From Seison nebaliae (lineage: Eukaryota), in NCBI GenBank assembly GCA_023231475.1, contig JALJEE010000635.1, positions 1 through 64,000 of the forward strand: 64,000 nt of DNA, given 5' to 3'. The translations under genes and the position numbers were made by a program. The notes beneath the pieces were generated by a model. That model was not told the origin of the DNA. It worked only from the letters and a program-made list of their open reading frames with translations, and did no database searches. Numbering within the stretch: the first letter of the stretch is position 1; each line of letters opens with the position of its first letter. This document shows, piece after piece, positions 12,537 through 26,659 of this stretch.

Positions 12537-13724
12537 TTAAGTAATTTTCCTAATTTGTTCATTTAACCATTTGATGTAATATTTCGTTCGAGTATACACA
12601 CCAACTCCTTGACATGGTGTACCGCCATAACTGACCACTCCTACAATCATCGCTTTCTCTCCGTCGTAGTCGATCAATGGACCACCACTATCACCCTGGA
12701 GATTAAGCGAAGTGAAAATGAGATTGAAGGAAAATAAACTTCACACGCATCCTTCTCATTCTCGATATCACCCGCACATATCTGTTGGGAGAGATGGAAA
12801 GGATTTCGAAAATTCTCTTTACACACTCCTTCGGAAAGAACTTGGAGTTTCGTTTCTTTCAGAGTTATCGGATGTGTTTCCTCGTCTAACAGAATTATTT
12901 GAACGTTGTCGAAGAATTTTAAGAATAAACCTGCAACTCCCCAACCCGTCACCGTCAATTCATCGTTCAACGAATGGGCGAGAGTGGGCACACAGATGGG
13001 TTCGATTTCATCGAACTCCAAACTAAACGGCGAATTAACTACTATGAGTGCAATATCATTTTTTAGTGTGTTTTTATCATAATCTTCGTGCTTGAAATAG
13101 AGTGGGCGTCTAATGTGATTTGAGTGTAAATTAAAAATATTAACTATTATCATCGATGTCATCTTTCGGAAATGAGTGAAGACATTCATCTTATTAGTGC
13201 CGCTCAATACATTGATTTGATCATCCGTTCTAATTTGTACAGGAGAATTAAATTTTAAATAATCGCAATGGAACTGGAGACAATGTGCGGCGGTCAGAAC
13301 CACGGTTGGTGTAATGATGGCACCACCACATCGAAATCGATTCTCACCTCTTCTTATATCCATATAGACCATCCATGGATACTTGATTCCAGCGACATCG
13401 ACACCGCCGATTATTCGCAATTGTTCCATTGGAGGTATTGTACCACATTCCACCTGATCTACACAATATTTCGTGAAAACGGTGTTTGAAAGAAGAAAAA
13501 ATGTGAAACGTTCAAATTCTTCTAAATTTGGCTTTTTTACCTTTTCTTCAGTTCCACAACATGAATAAAATGTAATAATTTTATGGAATAAATTAATTTT
13601 AACTTTCTCTTAGAACGATAAGCGGTACGGCTATGATCACTACCAGCACAATGACGATGAGAAGAGTGATAAGAATAATGAAAATTTTCTTATTCTCCCC
13701 AAAAGTTTTTTTAATATTTTTCAT
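12537..13724 (-). CDS. Type II transmembrane trypsin-like serine protease (S1A), at least 4 introns
   Basis: N-terminal TM 'IFIILITLLIVIVLVVIIAVPLIVL', activation site 'RIIGG', triad TAAHC / NDIAL / GDSGGP (last motif joined by splicing 'KDACE|GDSGGP'); Asp in S1 pocket (DAC). Confidence 0.88.
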
Positions 13725-15553
13725 TTTGAATTCCCTTCCTAACTACCGCCAACCATCATGTGAATAATTATTCGTGTAATTGGCAAATTGGAGATGAAGA
13801 GCAATTTGAGTTTTTAAGATTAATTTCTTAATAATCTATCGTTGTGTATATTAACGAGAATGTGTTCGATTCCTCTTAAAAAGTATGAAATGAAATTATT
13901 TTCAATTCTTCTTCTCTTCTCCTTCGAAATGTCTAATTAACTTCCATTGGGAGACGAGAAGTAAATTAAAATTATTGTTATTCATTAGAATGATTAGTGG
14001 AACTATTGATGTTCCTGTCCATAAGTAATTATTAATTTCGAAGGTAAAACGAATCAAACAAAAATATTATTGTCGTTGTTATATTCAATACGGAATATTC
14101 TCCCCCACTATGTGCTCGCTAAGAAACGGTAATGGAAGGACAAGTGGTCGAATGGAATCGGGGAGGAAAAATTGTCAATTATCAAAAAAAAAATTCGCTT
14201 TATTTTCATGTTATTGTTTTTGAACGATCCTCATAATAATAATAATAATAATGGTAGTATTGGTAGTGGTGATAATTAATAATCTATTAATAAAGTTTTT
14301 TTTTTTTGATTAATTGCCGAAATGACAGAAGAAAGTTAAGAACGAATGGTTATATGGCATTAAAATTAGAGAATGAGAAGAAACGATGAAAACTAGGAGA
14401 AAGCAAGTGAGAGAAAAGTGTAGAGATTGTGGTAAGAATTTAGGTGTCGTAGAGAAAGAGAGATTTGGAAGAATTCTTATTATTGTTATTAATTAATATT
14501 ATTGTCGTTGCCGTGGTAAATAATGGTAATGATGATGGATTATGATGATATAAAATAAGTGAGAGATTAATAGAAGAATTAGAGATAGAAACTAATGTTC
14601 CTTTGAATGAAATTAGAACGGAAATGCAATACGAGTTATGAGTATTATCGAATCGGATTTATTAATAAACACAGTTATTTTTTCATCCTTCTGATGATGG
14701 TGGTGGTGGTGGTTTTGGTGATTATGATCATGGTGGTGGTGGTCAACCGCCCTGTTGGTGGGTTAGTCGGTCGATGAAGCCGCAGTAGAAAATGTTGGTA
14801 GAAGATATGTAAAAAGTATAAAAAGAAACTAAACACAATCGTAAAATGTAAAAAAAAAAAAGAGAGAAAGAAAAGAGTCGTTAATTCATAAAAAAATAGA
14901 AGTTATGGAGAATAGATGTTTTTTACGGTTTTTTTTCGGTCAGTTTTACAAGATATACTCTTGAAAGAATTCGATCACATTGGTGTTAAGTAGATGTTTG
15001 TAATGATTAATGAGATTCGCTATACACATCGAACGGTTTAATAGATCGAGATTATGATTATTGTTGTTATTATTATTCTTTTTCAATGAACACATAAGGC
15101 ATACTCTATTGGTGTGCACAGTGCGTGCAGAGTGTGTGCACATGCGTGTATGGTGAGAGTGAATATTCTATACATTATTATGATTATTTTTGTTATTTGG
15201 TATCGGCTCTTTAGGCAATTGGCTGTTATGAGAAGGGACAAATAATAATGAATATTATCACTAGAAAGTAGTAGTAGTAGTGGTAGTAGTAGTAGTAGTA
15301 GGTGGTGGTAATGGTAGTGGTAGTGGTGGTAATTTTGATGAATAATAAGAAGAACAATAACAACAAAGAGAATGGTGGTTATGGAAGAAATGAATCACAA
15401 CATGGTTCTAGAGAAGGAAAGAAAAGTAAATTAATTCAAAAAAAATCGAATAGGATTAATCAAACCGGAAAGTGATTAGTGATTAGAGTAATGGAAATTA
15501 TTAACGTTTAACAAATTTTTAAAAATATGTCAACTAACTATTTACCTCAAGCA

Positions 15554-17122
15554 TTATCTGTAGGGATGTACTCGAGTTTGACTGGCCTGCATTTTTTGAA
15601 ATGGTCGCAAAGCTCCACCATCTGTCAATTGAAAGAGGAATGAAGAAAGAAAAATGGGAAAGAAAAAGAGAAACTGTTTGTGGGCGGAGTGTTACCAGGA
15701 GGTATATTACTAGTGAGACTTTGTGTCACATTATTCAGAGTATTTGTATTATTATCATCTGTTGACGTATTTCGAATTGGCCTGGCCAATTCTTTATTTA
15801 ATAATTAAATAAATTAAATTTAAATGCAAATTAACCGTTGTTAGACATGGACGCTAAATTATTGGCATTCGATAAGAGATTCGTATTAGCTGATGATGTT
15901 AATCCATTTCCAGTGTCGATTCCACTCGCTGGTGCCAACGATGAGAAGATGTTGCTGAGAACGGGATTGTGGAGTAAATTTGAATTTAAGAGATTTAGCA
16001 TGTTCGTCGTCTGATTGGAAGAAGCGACGGGAAGTGATTGTTGTGGTTGTCCATGTTGTCCATTCATCAAAATTGCCGGTTGTCCCAAAATACTGTTCAA
16101 TAACGATGTGGTTCTCTGGTCGGCATTCTGTACATGACTTTGTTGTTGTTTCGCTATATCCAACAAATTGATATTTCCTCGTACATTATTATTATTATTA
16201 TGATTATTGTTGTTGTTGTTGGTATTTGAAATTAATTGGAGTAATTGATCACAATTCATTCCAGTGATTCCTGGAACGGAATTGAGTCGTGTTCCAGTCA
16301 GATTGTTTGGAAGTGACGGTGATGGATTGAGACTTTCTAATTTGATTGATGGTATCGATTGTTGTGGTGGTGCTCCATTCGGAGTTATGAGAGGTGAATT
16401 ATTTAATTGATTATTATTAATTAATGATGATGTTAATGTTTGATGATTTCGATCACGATAAGTTCCGTTTAAAATTGCTAATTCTATTAATTGTCTTCGT
16501 TTCAATTCATCATCTCCCTCACTCTATTCAAATGATTATTAATTTTGAGAAAAAGATGGAAATTAAACGGTTGGAATTAATAATTTTTCTATTTCTTTTC
16601 TTGCATTTTCCAATTTGACTTTATTTCGATTCGACGTGTCTTCCGACGAAATGAGAATATGAAGATCTTCTTTCAAATGTTCCCAATTCGGTTTTCCAAT
16701 CATCGATTCCTCTTTCCTTCGATCTCTAATACTTCCACGACCTCTCACCATAATCTTACATTGAGTATCGTTCTCCAGTTTTTTCGCCGTCATTCCTCTC
16801 GGACCCAAAATCCTTCCGACGAAATTAAAATCAGGATATTCCTTCACCGGAACGAGAACTTTCTGTGTCTCAACTACTAATTCTCCGTCAGCTTCCGGTA
16901 ACTCTGGTAACCTTTTCGGCGTTTCATCAAACAACAATTCGCGAACTCGACGAATTTCTTTAAAAGAAGAAAATGGTGAAAAACGATGAAAAAAACGGAA
17001 TTGAAACCGTCTTCTAATAATCGGCCGACATGTACAAAGAAAGCGGGTAGAGCAGTGACTTGATTCCGATCGCGAATCAACTCGCCCAAATATTCAGCGT
17101 TCGCTTCTTTCGTTTGATTCAT
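15554..17122 (-). CDS. QKI: Quaking/How STAR-family KH RNA-binding protein, 5 exons
   Basis: QUA1 '[20 protein letters not shown]', KH '[31 protein letters not shown]', QUA2 '[22 protein letters not shown]'; last exon ends 'RVHPYR*'. Confidence 0.92.
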
Positions 17123-18033
17123 GACGTTTTTTTAGGTGGGAAGATGATTATGAGAAAAATTTTATCTGATAAAAATAATTGTTATTTTTGTTTGTTTCTC
17201 CTTCTCTGTCGATAACGAGTAGAACAGATAATCATTCAATTGAGACGGATACACATCATAAACGCTTCGGCTAACTACTTGAATCGTCTAAACGGTGGAC
17301 AAACCCACATCTATCCTTTCAACTACTTCTCCCTGCCCTCCACCACCACCACTTGTACCTAGCACTACCTCTCTCCCAGACGTCGCTCTACGACCTTATA
17401 CGTCTCCGGAATTAACGAGCGCTCGCAAACAAAGAACTTTATTGTTTTCTGTATACAACTTCCATCTATCCTTCCATCTTTCTTTCCATCCCTCTATCCA
17501 TTCAGTCACGTACAGAAGACGAATGTGTGAATGGTGGTAAACGCGTCAGTTGAAAATGAATGAATAAATAAATAATTTCTAAAAAGAAGAAAGGGAACTA
17601 TTTCTTTAATGAATCTATAAAATATTGGAACGAACTATGAATTAACATTGGGAAATGTGAAAAATACACTTTTTCCATTGCTAGATCTTTCAACCAAATA
17701 TGTCTTACCGCTTCTTTTTTCCATTAACTTTATCGAAACCTCTTCTCGACTCCTTCAACAACAATTCTAACAGTTCTCTCCTTCTCACTCCTCCTAACCG
17801 ACATGCAAAGAATACGCATTTTCTCTCACGAGAGAGCAAATTTTGTGAGAATATAATTTTGAACAATTTAAATTGATTTTTTAACAATTACCAATTTTAA
17901 TTTCTAATAATTTCCAATTATTCTCAACGAACATAAATACAACTAAATTGAGGGCTAATTTTCGTTGAATCGTACTAGAAACGAATACAACATCACAATC
18001 TGCTACTTCTTCAGGGAATTAACTCGAAATAAA

Positions 18034-18464
18034 ATGGGAGATGAAGTTCCGAATTAAATTTCTTTAATGAATTTTATTCTCTATTAAACTCTTTAGGCAC
18101 TCTTCATCATCGAAGACATTAATGCGATAGTTAAGGATGTTAGTCTAGCAATAATCTTCTTCCACTTTCTTCTAACTGCCAATTTATAAAGTCGATCGAA
18201 AGTGTAATACGTAACGCTCAATATAATGCGGGGAAAGTGGATGAATGGACGAACGACATCATCGAACAATGTCTCTTAAGTCTCCTGCATTTGAATCGAC
18301 CCTTTAAATATATCGTCACTTGTACGATCTTACAAAAGACTGGTGCTGGTTACCATATGGTCTGCAGCTATTATTGGGATCAAACATCCGACGGTGTCAC
18401 CACCATCAGATGGGAAAGTAGAACTTTATATGTCATCGTTAGTGTATTCGGATTAGCTATTTGA
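18034..18464 (+). CDS. Dynein light chain Tctex-type (DYNLT1/3 family), 3 exons
   Basis: Spliced MGDE|ALFIIEDINAIVKD|SIESVIRNAQYNAGKVDEWT...FKYIVTCTILQK...YWDQTSDG; introns 18046-18096 and 18139-18191. Confidence 0.9.
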
Positions 18465-18759
18465 ATTCAACCAAATTCAAATTACTAGAAAACAATAATA
18501 ATTTTGAATTCCTCTCCCACAAACCTGAAATTTAAGTAGATTAGAAATTTTTTTCATTAAACTTAATTCATCTGGAGCAATTAAATGAGATGTGATGCCA
18601 GAAACAATTCTGGTGAAAGTGTCAGGAGAATGTTGAAGGAATTTAGTTATGTTTATTCAGTTCTCGAGTCGAATGTTAAAATATAAATATGAAATTTTTT
18701 CTATTTTCTAAAATGTAAATTTTTAGTTTATTAGAAAACAATTTATTTTTTAAGTGAAA

Positions 18760-19197
18760 ATGATAAGAAACGGATTGAGTAAATTGATGGTGAGGAAACA
18801 TGTGCAACCGAAATCTTATTATCATGAGAAAGTTCTCGATCATTATGAGAAACCGAGAAATGTTGGTTCGTTAGATAAGAAATCGACGAATGTCGGTACG
18901 GGAGTTGTAGGCGCACCAGCATGTGGCGACGTCATGAAATTACAGATCGAAGTAAAAGATGGACGAATTGTTGATGCTAAATTCAAAACTTTTGGATGTG
19001 GCTCCGCCATCGCTTCCAGTTCTTTAGTGACCGAATGGATTAAAGGCAAATCAGTGAATGATGCTTCGAAGATAAAGAACAAGGAGATCGCTGAAGAATT
19101 ATGTCTCCCTCCCATTAAACTTCATTGTTCCGTTCTCGCCGAAGAAGCGATTAAAGCGGCAGTTAATGATTATGAGAAGAAGAAAGAGAAAAAATAA
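18760..19197 (+). CDS. ISCU: Mitochondrial Fe-S cluster scaffold IscU
   Basis: 'YHEKVLDHYEKPRNVGS', 'GAPACGDVMKLQI', 'FGCGSAIASSS', 'LPPIKLHCS'; basic N-terminal presequence; ATG at 18760. Confidence 0.96.
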   Translation: MIRNGLSKLMVRKHVQPKSYYHEKVLDHYEKPRNVGSLDKKSTNVGTGVVGAPACGDVMKLQIEVKDGRIVDAKFKTFGCGSAIASSSLVTEWIKGKSVNDASKIKNKEIAEELCLPPIKLHCSVLAEEAIKAAVNDYEKKKEKK

Positions 19198-19594
19198 TGA
19201 TATAAAAAATAAAATATTTCTTCCGTCTCTTTTTCATTGGAATATATATCATTTATCGACGAAAATTCGTGAAAAAAATTTTCTATTTTTTAACAAACAT
19301 TTTTTAAATTTAATTATTCCCCAAAATTTTGAATTTAATTTAAAAAAAAAAATTTAATATAAAACATAAAAAAAATATTTTTAATTTCTCTCAATTTTTA
19401 GCAGGAGTGAAATGTAAACTAATTTTTTTCACATTTATCTGATTATCGTTTATTAGTTTCGATTTGAGAAGATGTTTTGATGTAGTTTTGAGAAAAGAGA
19501 ATGGATCGTTAAAGATATGTTTATTAAAGAAAAAAAAAAGTGAAAAAGAGTGGGGTTAAATTAAAATTATTCAGGTTTGACCTGATTCGTTAAA

Positions 19595-21610
19595 TTAAAT
19601 GAAATGATGTTTCTCTGTTCGATTGGGATTGTTGGCATCTTCAACAATCTGCAAATTATTCTCATGTTGAACGTCCTTATCCAAGACGTTGTTGTTGCTT
19701 CGATATCGTCTAATGATTTTGGGAGATGCGAATAATCGATTGAAACTTTTACTCTTACTCATATCGGACGTTGGTGACTGATGTGGTGGATTTGGCTGAT
19801 GTTCTGTGTGTGAAGTATCATTCGATTTGAATGTGTCCTCCAAACAATCATCATAATAATCATCGAAAGTGTTACAAGTGTTGTTGTTGTTGTTGTTGTT
19901 GTTGTTGTGACGGAGATTGTTGGAAGATGATTGAATTGGAGAGTCGGCCAGTTTCGAATTTAAATTTTCTATAGTGAATCGATCGAATACGGTTCGGAAG
20001 GACATGGAATTCATTGAAGAGAATGAAGATGGTGAAGTAGGAATGGATGTGGTTCCGTTAGAATCGGACGAGAAAGCTAACGGATTCTCACGAATTGTAC
20101 ACAACGTCTCCGAATTATTCTTTCCCGTACTATTCATATCGATATCGTTCAATTCATTTTCTACAGATGGACAACTAACAATTGTTGTCGATGTTAACGG
20201 TTTCTCAACAAATGGAGATATTATCGCTTGTTGTTGTTGTTGTTGTTGGTTTAAAGAGTTTTTATCACTTGATTGATTTAATAATTTTTCCATTTTCATT
20301 CGATGATTCATCGACGATAAACTTGAAATGTTACTCTCGATTGTGGTATTACTGGTGTAGGCAGTGGTGTTGGATTCAGTCGCCTGAATATTGGGCACAC
20401 GATGACGATCGTGATTGTTATAATAGAAATGATATCGCTTCGGTTCGGGTATTGATTGAGATTGTTGTTTTTGTTGATTCTCTTCTTGTTCGATAATTTC
20501 CGATTTTTTCGGTTGATGTGATGATGATGGTTGTCGATTGGATTGAGATCGATGTCGATGGAAATGGAAAAATTGTGGAAGTTTAGAGAATCGTTCCGTT
20601 TTCACTTTGGTAGACAAGTCGTTCATTTGGTTATTTGTGGATGTTTGCCTATAATGTTTCTGTTCACAATCGTCGACTGATGCGACTGACGAAGATTTGG
20701 AAGATGAAGTGAGAGACGAATTGCAAAAGTATGTCGAATGATGGTAGATTTCCTGTGGAATAATTTTGGAAGCCGTATAATTATCGAAAGATGTTTGATG
20801 GTTATTGATGAGTTGAAATCGGTTCGTCGAATAGTTCTCTTTCTTTGTGAATTGATTCAATCGTTTCAAGTTTTCCTTTCGTCTCCGATCCTTCCTCCAC
20901 AAACAAATGAATATGATACTAATCATCAATGAAACGATGAGAAGAACGATTCCACTTATGAGGAATGAGAAGAATAATTTCGAATCTGTTCCAAATAAAA
21001 TAAATGTGAAATAAAATAAAGAAATTTTAAACTTATCTCCACGTTATCCTTCTCTTCGATGAGACGTGTTTTTGTTGTCATACTTTCCGATGTATGTGAT
21101 GGTGGTGGAATATGATTCCTTCTCATTGATTGACTAGATGAAATGAATTGATTCGATCGATTATGTTGATTGGCAATCAACTTTCTCAACTCCTCCTCAA
21201 CAATACAATAGTTGCAACAACTGTATTTCTTCTCAATCTGATACGAGCACTTCCTCTCATTCTCACACTCAACAATCCAACAATTGCCCATCACACAATC
21301 ACATTCGGCACATTTATCCACTGATTTCTGTTTGAACGTTGACGTCAAATTACCACATAATCTCTTCTCATTCTCAATTCGCAATTTCTTCCGTTTTCGT
21401 CGTTTCGGACAACATGACAATTCCGGTTTGATACCACAAATCCGATTTGAATAATTCTCGTCACAGAGTAACGTCATCGACGATTGTTCTCGTGAATTGT
21501 AACGATCGATACACGTACATCTATTACAGTCGTTAATATAGAACACTTGATCAGGAACGAAATATTTACAGATGTTCAATTGATCATATTCATTCTTTAT
21601 CGACGGTGTC

Positions 21611-21662
<52 letters not shown>

Positions 21663-23508
21663 GTGGTGACGGTATTGTCGTCACTTGTCGATTGTTCTCT
21701 TCTCGATTAAGAGGAATGGTAATCGAACAATATTCTTGATTATTGCGACAATAACATGATTTGGGTGATTTGGATCGATCAATTATCGGTTCAATATCCA
21801 TCCAAATCTCACCATCAATACGGTTTGTGATTTCTCTTGATATGGATCGAATTATATTATCTTTCATTCTCACAGTATGATATGCTAATTGACAATTATT
21901 ATTCTGATGAGAATTCTTTCGCATCGTCGATAATGAGATTATAGACTGATATTGACCAGAGTGAATGAAAATTAACGATTGACAAGTACAAATGGGACAG
22001 AGTCGATCATTCATCTGATAACCATAAACGCACTTCTTCTCGCAAATTGGCGAATGGGCAGCGAAGTGAGCGGAGGAGATAATGGGACATAATCGACATG
22101 AACAAATCGGACACAAATCACCATCAAACCGGTAACCGTAAAGACATGTGATGTGGCAACTTTTCCGGAATTCGTGGAATGGCAAACAAGCTTTTCTGCA
22201 TTTGCAAATGAATTCGCCCGATTCGGGTCGAACTTGAAATCCGAGCGGACATTGTAAACTTTTCGAACATTCGTCAAAAATCTTCACCATTACATCGATG
22301 GATTGATAGATGGGTGATTGATCGGAGTCGACGATGGATTGATTTTGGAGAGTCTTCTCTTCGATCGTCTGATCATTCTTCGATTGGAAAATCAAATGAG
22401 AAATATCTAGTTTGGCCGAGGAATTTCCCGACGATTGACTTGGACATAAAGGACAACAAAATCGGGAATCGATAATCGGATCATCACATTGTTCGTGACA
22501 ATATTCCGCTTGACAATGAAGTTGATTGTCGATACATTGACAGAGCGTACATTTGTCCTCTTTCCAAGCTTGACCGTTCGAATAAACGATTTCCGTCTTG
22601 AGCGATCGACAACCATCAATACATCGACCACAACAATCATTCTCTGTATCGTAAATGATGTTCCCACAATTTAACATGGGACGACATCGTTTCGTTTCGC
22701 ATTGAATTAGACCGTTGGAGCAACTACATTTTGTACAGGCGTTGGGGAACCAACTACTCCCGTTTAAATAAATATCTGAATATTTTCCAAATTTTGAATT
22801 TTGAATTGACGAGTTCTGATGAATGATGGATTCAATTGTCTTCGAATTCGACGGATCAGATGAGAAACAAATTGATTCATCTCGTTCGCAAACATATGAC
22901 GGACAACATGTCGATAATTTAGTTCCTGGTCGATCGTCCACCAAATGAATTTCATTCGTTTTCTCTTTATTATTATTATTATTGTTGTTGTTGTTGTCGT
23001 TATTGAGAAGAATGAAAGGAAGAAATCCTGAAGGACATTTCATTCGTTCGCCACAATTCAACTCATCCATCGGTCGACAATCACATTCGAGGTAAGTGAT
23101 AATAGACTGGAAAGATATTGAGATTTTATCGTCATTCTTCTCAATCAACTTCTTCAGATCATCCGCCGACAATGAAATGGTTTTTAGTGACAACGACGAA
23201 TGATACGTGCGAACTGATAACGTCTTGTACGATCGCAGTTTAGCACAACACTCCACAATCTTTAATGTCAATCGCTCGAGAATTGACGAGGTAATCAATT
23301 GATCCGCTTTTTTTATGTTGACTCGTAAAACTATTTTTTGTTGTTGTTCGTTCGAGCAGTTGGTGAAGTCAACAGGTTGCGGACAAAAGATGTTTGTGCA
23401 ATCGTTCATTCGATTACTCTTCTTCCTCTTTAAATATTCTTCGAAATGCCGTTGAATATCTTGGTCGAATGTCGATGCCAATTTCCGTCGATAATCGTCC
23501 TCCATCAA
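19595..23508 (-). CDS. CRIM1-like cysteine-rich single-pass membrane BMP regulator (vWC and antistasin repeats); 5' end unresolved
   Basis: vWC repeats (W..D.CT.C.C...CC..C), antistasin-like 'C..GY..D...C.IC.C' units; one intron (~20986-21032) joins the ectodomain to a TM segment and long cytoplasmic tail. Confidence 0.78.
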
Positions 23509-23555
23509 TAATTATTTTTCAGTCGTTGTTGTTGTTGTTGTTGTTGATGATGATT

Positions 23556-23588
<33 letters not shown>

Positions 23589-26500
23589 TTGAGAGGAAGG
23601 GGAGAGATGGGATGATTTGGATGAATGTCGTTTATTTGTTCCGCTACTGTCGCCTATGAGAAATGAATATTCGTCTCCCAAAATAATCGAATTAAAATTA
23701 GTTTCATCATGTTCAATTCACATTCTTCTCATCTCGTATCGTTTCTCAATACTAGTCTACAATGGAAAGGACATGAAATTTATTTAAATGAAGAGATAAA
23801 AGAAAAGAAATGAATCAATAATCGACGAAACAATAAATTAGATGAATAGCGAAAAAAATTTAATGAATTTCAATACATTCCTTTCTCAAAATCATTAGTG
23901 AATGACGTCATTCCGTTATAGAACTATTCAATTCTTCTTCTTCTTCTTCCTTTCTTCCTTCCTTCCTTCCTTCTCTCATTCGATTTATCCCTTACACTTC
24001 TCTCCTCTCGAAGGACACTACTACAAATATGATCGATACGATTTACTTTCTGATTAATATGATCATTTACAACATAGTCAATTACATAATTGATGAAATG
24101 AGATTGGACTAATTACGAAGAATTACTATTAATTCTTCTTATTGATTTATTCAACTCTTCCCCCCACCACCACCACTACCATCATCACCATCACACCGAT
24201 GACGTGACGAGAAAATCATCGAAAACTCAATTCAAATATTTCACATGCAAAACGGACATTCTTCGCTGACATTCGACGTCTCTGGACGTCCTTCCATCAA
24301 CATACTCACACTTCCATTTTTACTCTCTCATTCGATTAATTCTATGGACGATGGGGAAACAATTGATGAGAACGCGAAGGATTTCTTCGAAGGAGAAATT
24401 TCTTTCACAATATGACACCAGAATATTGTCCTTGTTGTTGTTGTTCGTTCATTCGTTCGTTCGTTCGTTGTTGTTTGATTTCGGATATTCGAGATAACGT
24501 TCCTGATAATGACGTCGTGACGATTATTGTTGAGAGGATGATCTGTGAGGGAGGGAGGGAAAGTAGAAAGTATCTCTCGCCCACATCTCTCCAATATCAG
24601 AAGAATGTGTGAAGGAGGAGAAAACGTTTGTTTCTTTCCGATTTGAAAGAAGAGTAATTTTCCGCCCTTTAACATTCCAATTCGTCGACCTTGGAATGGG
24701 TAACATTGAAGAGAATTTGAATAAAAAATATGGAGAAATTTATCAGAATAATGAAGAACAAATGAATGAATAGATGAATGATTCAATGATTCCGCTTGAA
24801 CAGAGATAAAAGGGACAAGATGAAATTGATTTTTAATTGAAGAAGAACTTCTTTCAAGATCCTCCTCTTCCTGACTCACACTCTCGTCGGTAAGAGGGGG
24901 TAGGGGAAGAAACATTGAAATTCATTCAATTTTCTTCTTACTTGAATTATCCATAAAATTTATTCTTCCCTGCCGATCTCTCAATCATTCCATCTTACCA
25001 TTCCGTTTGGTCGTCTCATGTCCGACAGTTTCTCATAAATGGACGGACAACCATCATTCCTCCCGTTCACTTCGACATGAATGAATTCCATTCCTTTTAA
25101 TCATTTCAAATTCATTCAGTCGTTAATTGAGAATATCTATCCTGGGTAAAGATGGGTTAGATGAGATATTTCTAATAATTATATGTTCCTTTCTCATAAA
25201 TCATTTCCGAATCGAATTCCTATTTATACATATCTGACAATTCGCTAAGCAGATCTATCCGGTCAGGATAAGCAAACTGAGAAATCGAGTGAGAATTTTT
25301 GAAAGATATTGAAAGTCCAACTACGCTTTCCTATCTCCTAATCACCGTACTCCCATCATCAATTTTTAGATGGAAATGAGAGTAGTCGAAACAAAGACTC
25401 GTTTTTACATCATTTCCACCTAAACTCAGTTAATCGTCGACTTTCCCATGTCTTCCATCAATTCTCCCATGTCTTCCATCAACTCTCCCAATGAATACTC
25501 TTCATGAACACTCCATTCAATTATATTAATTAGAGAACTGTTCCGATTTATATCCGATTTCTAATTCTATCTATTTTATTATTCTCATGAGATCGTTTTA
25601 CTTAAAGAAAATAAATCATCATTATCATCATCTCCCCTCTCAATGCCATTGTTTGGTTGTTCGACAACTGATCTATTTAAGTGGTTGGTAAAGTGAGTGG
25701 AAATCGAATTCGGCACACAAGCCGTTCCAATCAACTCCTCTAAACAATTCACATTATCCAGTAAATTCTGGTATGCCCTCCTCCCCAATACCATGAGAAC
25801 GGAAAGAAGGGATAATTGTTTAGATCGTTCTCTCACAAGTAATTTCATTCACAGACCGATGAGGAAGAAGAGGAAGATCGATAATAACAACCGGGAACAA
25901 CGATGAAGAACTATCACGATCTTTCGTGGAGAGAATAGGTCAATATTATTAGAGTTTGATAGCCATGCAATTCGTTGATTGCGATGAGAGAGGCACATAA
26001 TAATCAAAGAGAAGACGAGTATGAGAAGGAAGATCGAATGAAAACAATGAGAATTTGTTTTGGAATAAGAAAGAACGATTTCTTCCTTTCTTTTCTTCCT
26101 TCCGTACACAACATCTCTGGAGAGTGGCGGTGGGTGAAGAAGGAGAAGGAGGCGAACTCAATTTATTATACAAATGAATTTTATGTGTTTTTTTACTGAT
26201 TTAATTCAATAAACAATAAACCATCGCTATATTCTCCACAATATTAATATTTTCATCTTCCATCCCCATCATCATACGGGACTGATATGGCTGTATGTTT
26301 TCTAATCAATTAAATAAGTGGAACTATTCCCGACTCAAAACAATAATAATAGAAGGAGAAAATGTTATTGTTGATAATTAATGGAATGGGCCAAATGAAC
26401 GAAATGATGGAGAAGACGTTGATGTTCAGGAATTTTTGGGTGTTGGAGAATTGTTGGAAGCATTCGCACCAGATGTGGCCAATATTCGCATTATGATCGG

Positions 26501-26659
26501 TCAATTGAGTCGAATTAACTCCCGTCAAAATATTCAAATTATTTCGCTACTCCGATCGATGATGATGATGTGATGGTGTGATGGTAACAAATTAATTTTA
26601 TTTCATTCGCAATTCTCTTTGATGAAAAAAGAAAAAAAAAGGAAAATTAAAACTGGAAA

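Noticed and set aside
13110..13144. GTTAAT...CATTAG candidate intron in the trypsin gene
   Set aside because: 35 nt removal breaks the frame to the NDIAL motif; not counted in the donor tally.
13990..15480. ACTAAY Quaking response elements in the QKI 3' region (autoregulation)
   Set aside because: Only about three hits in ~1.5 kb of AT-rich DNA, close to chance expectation.
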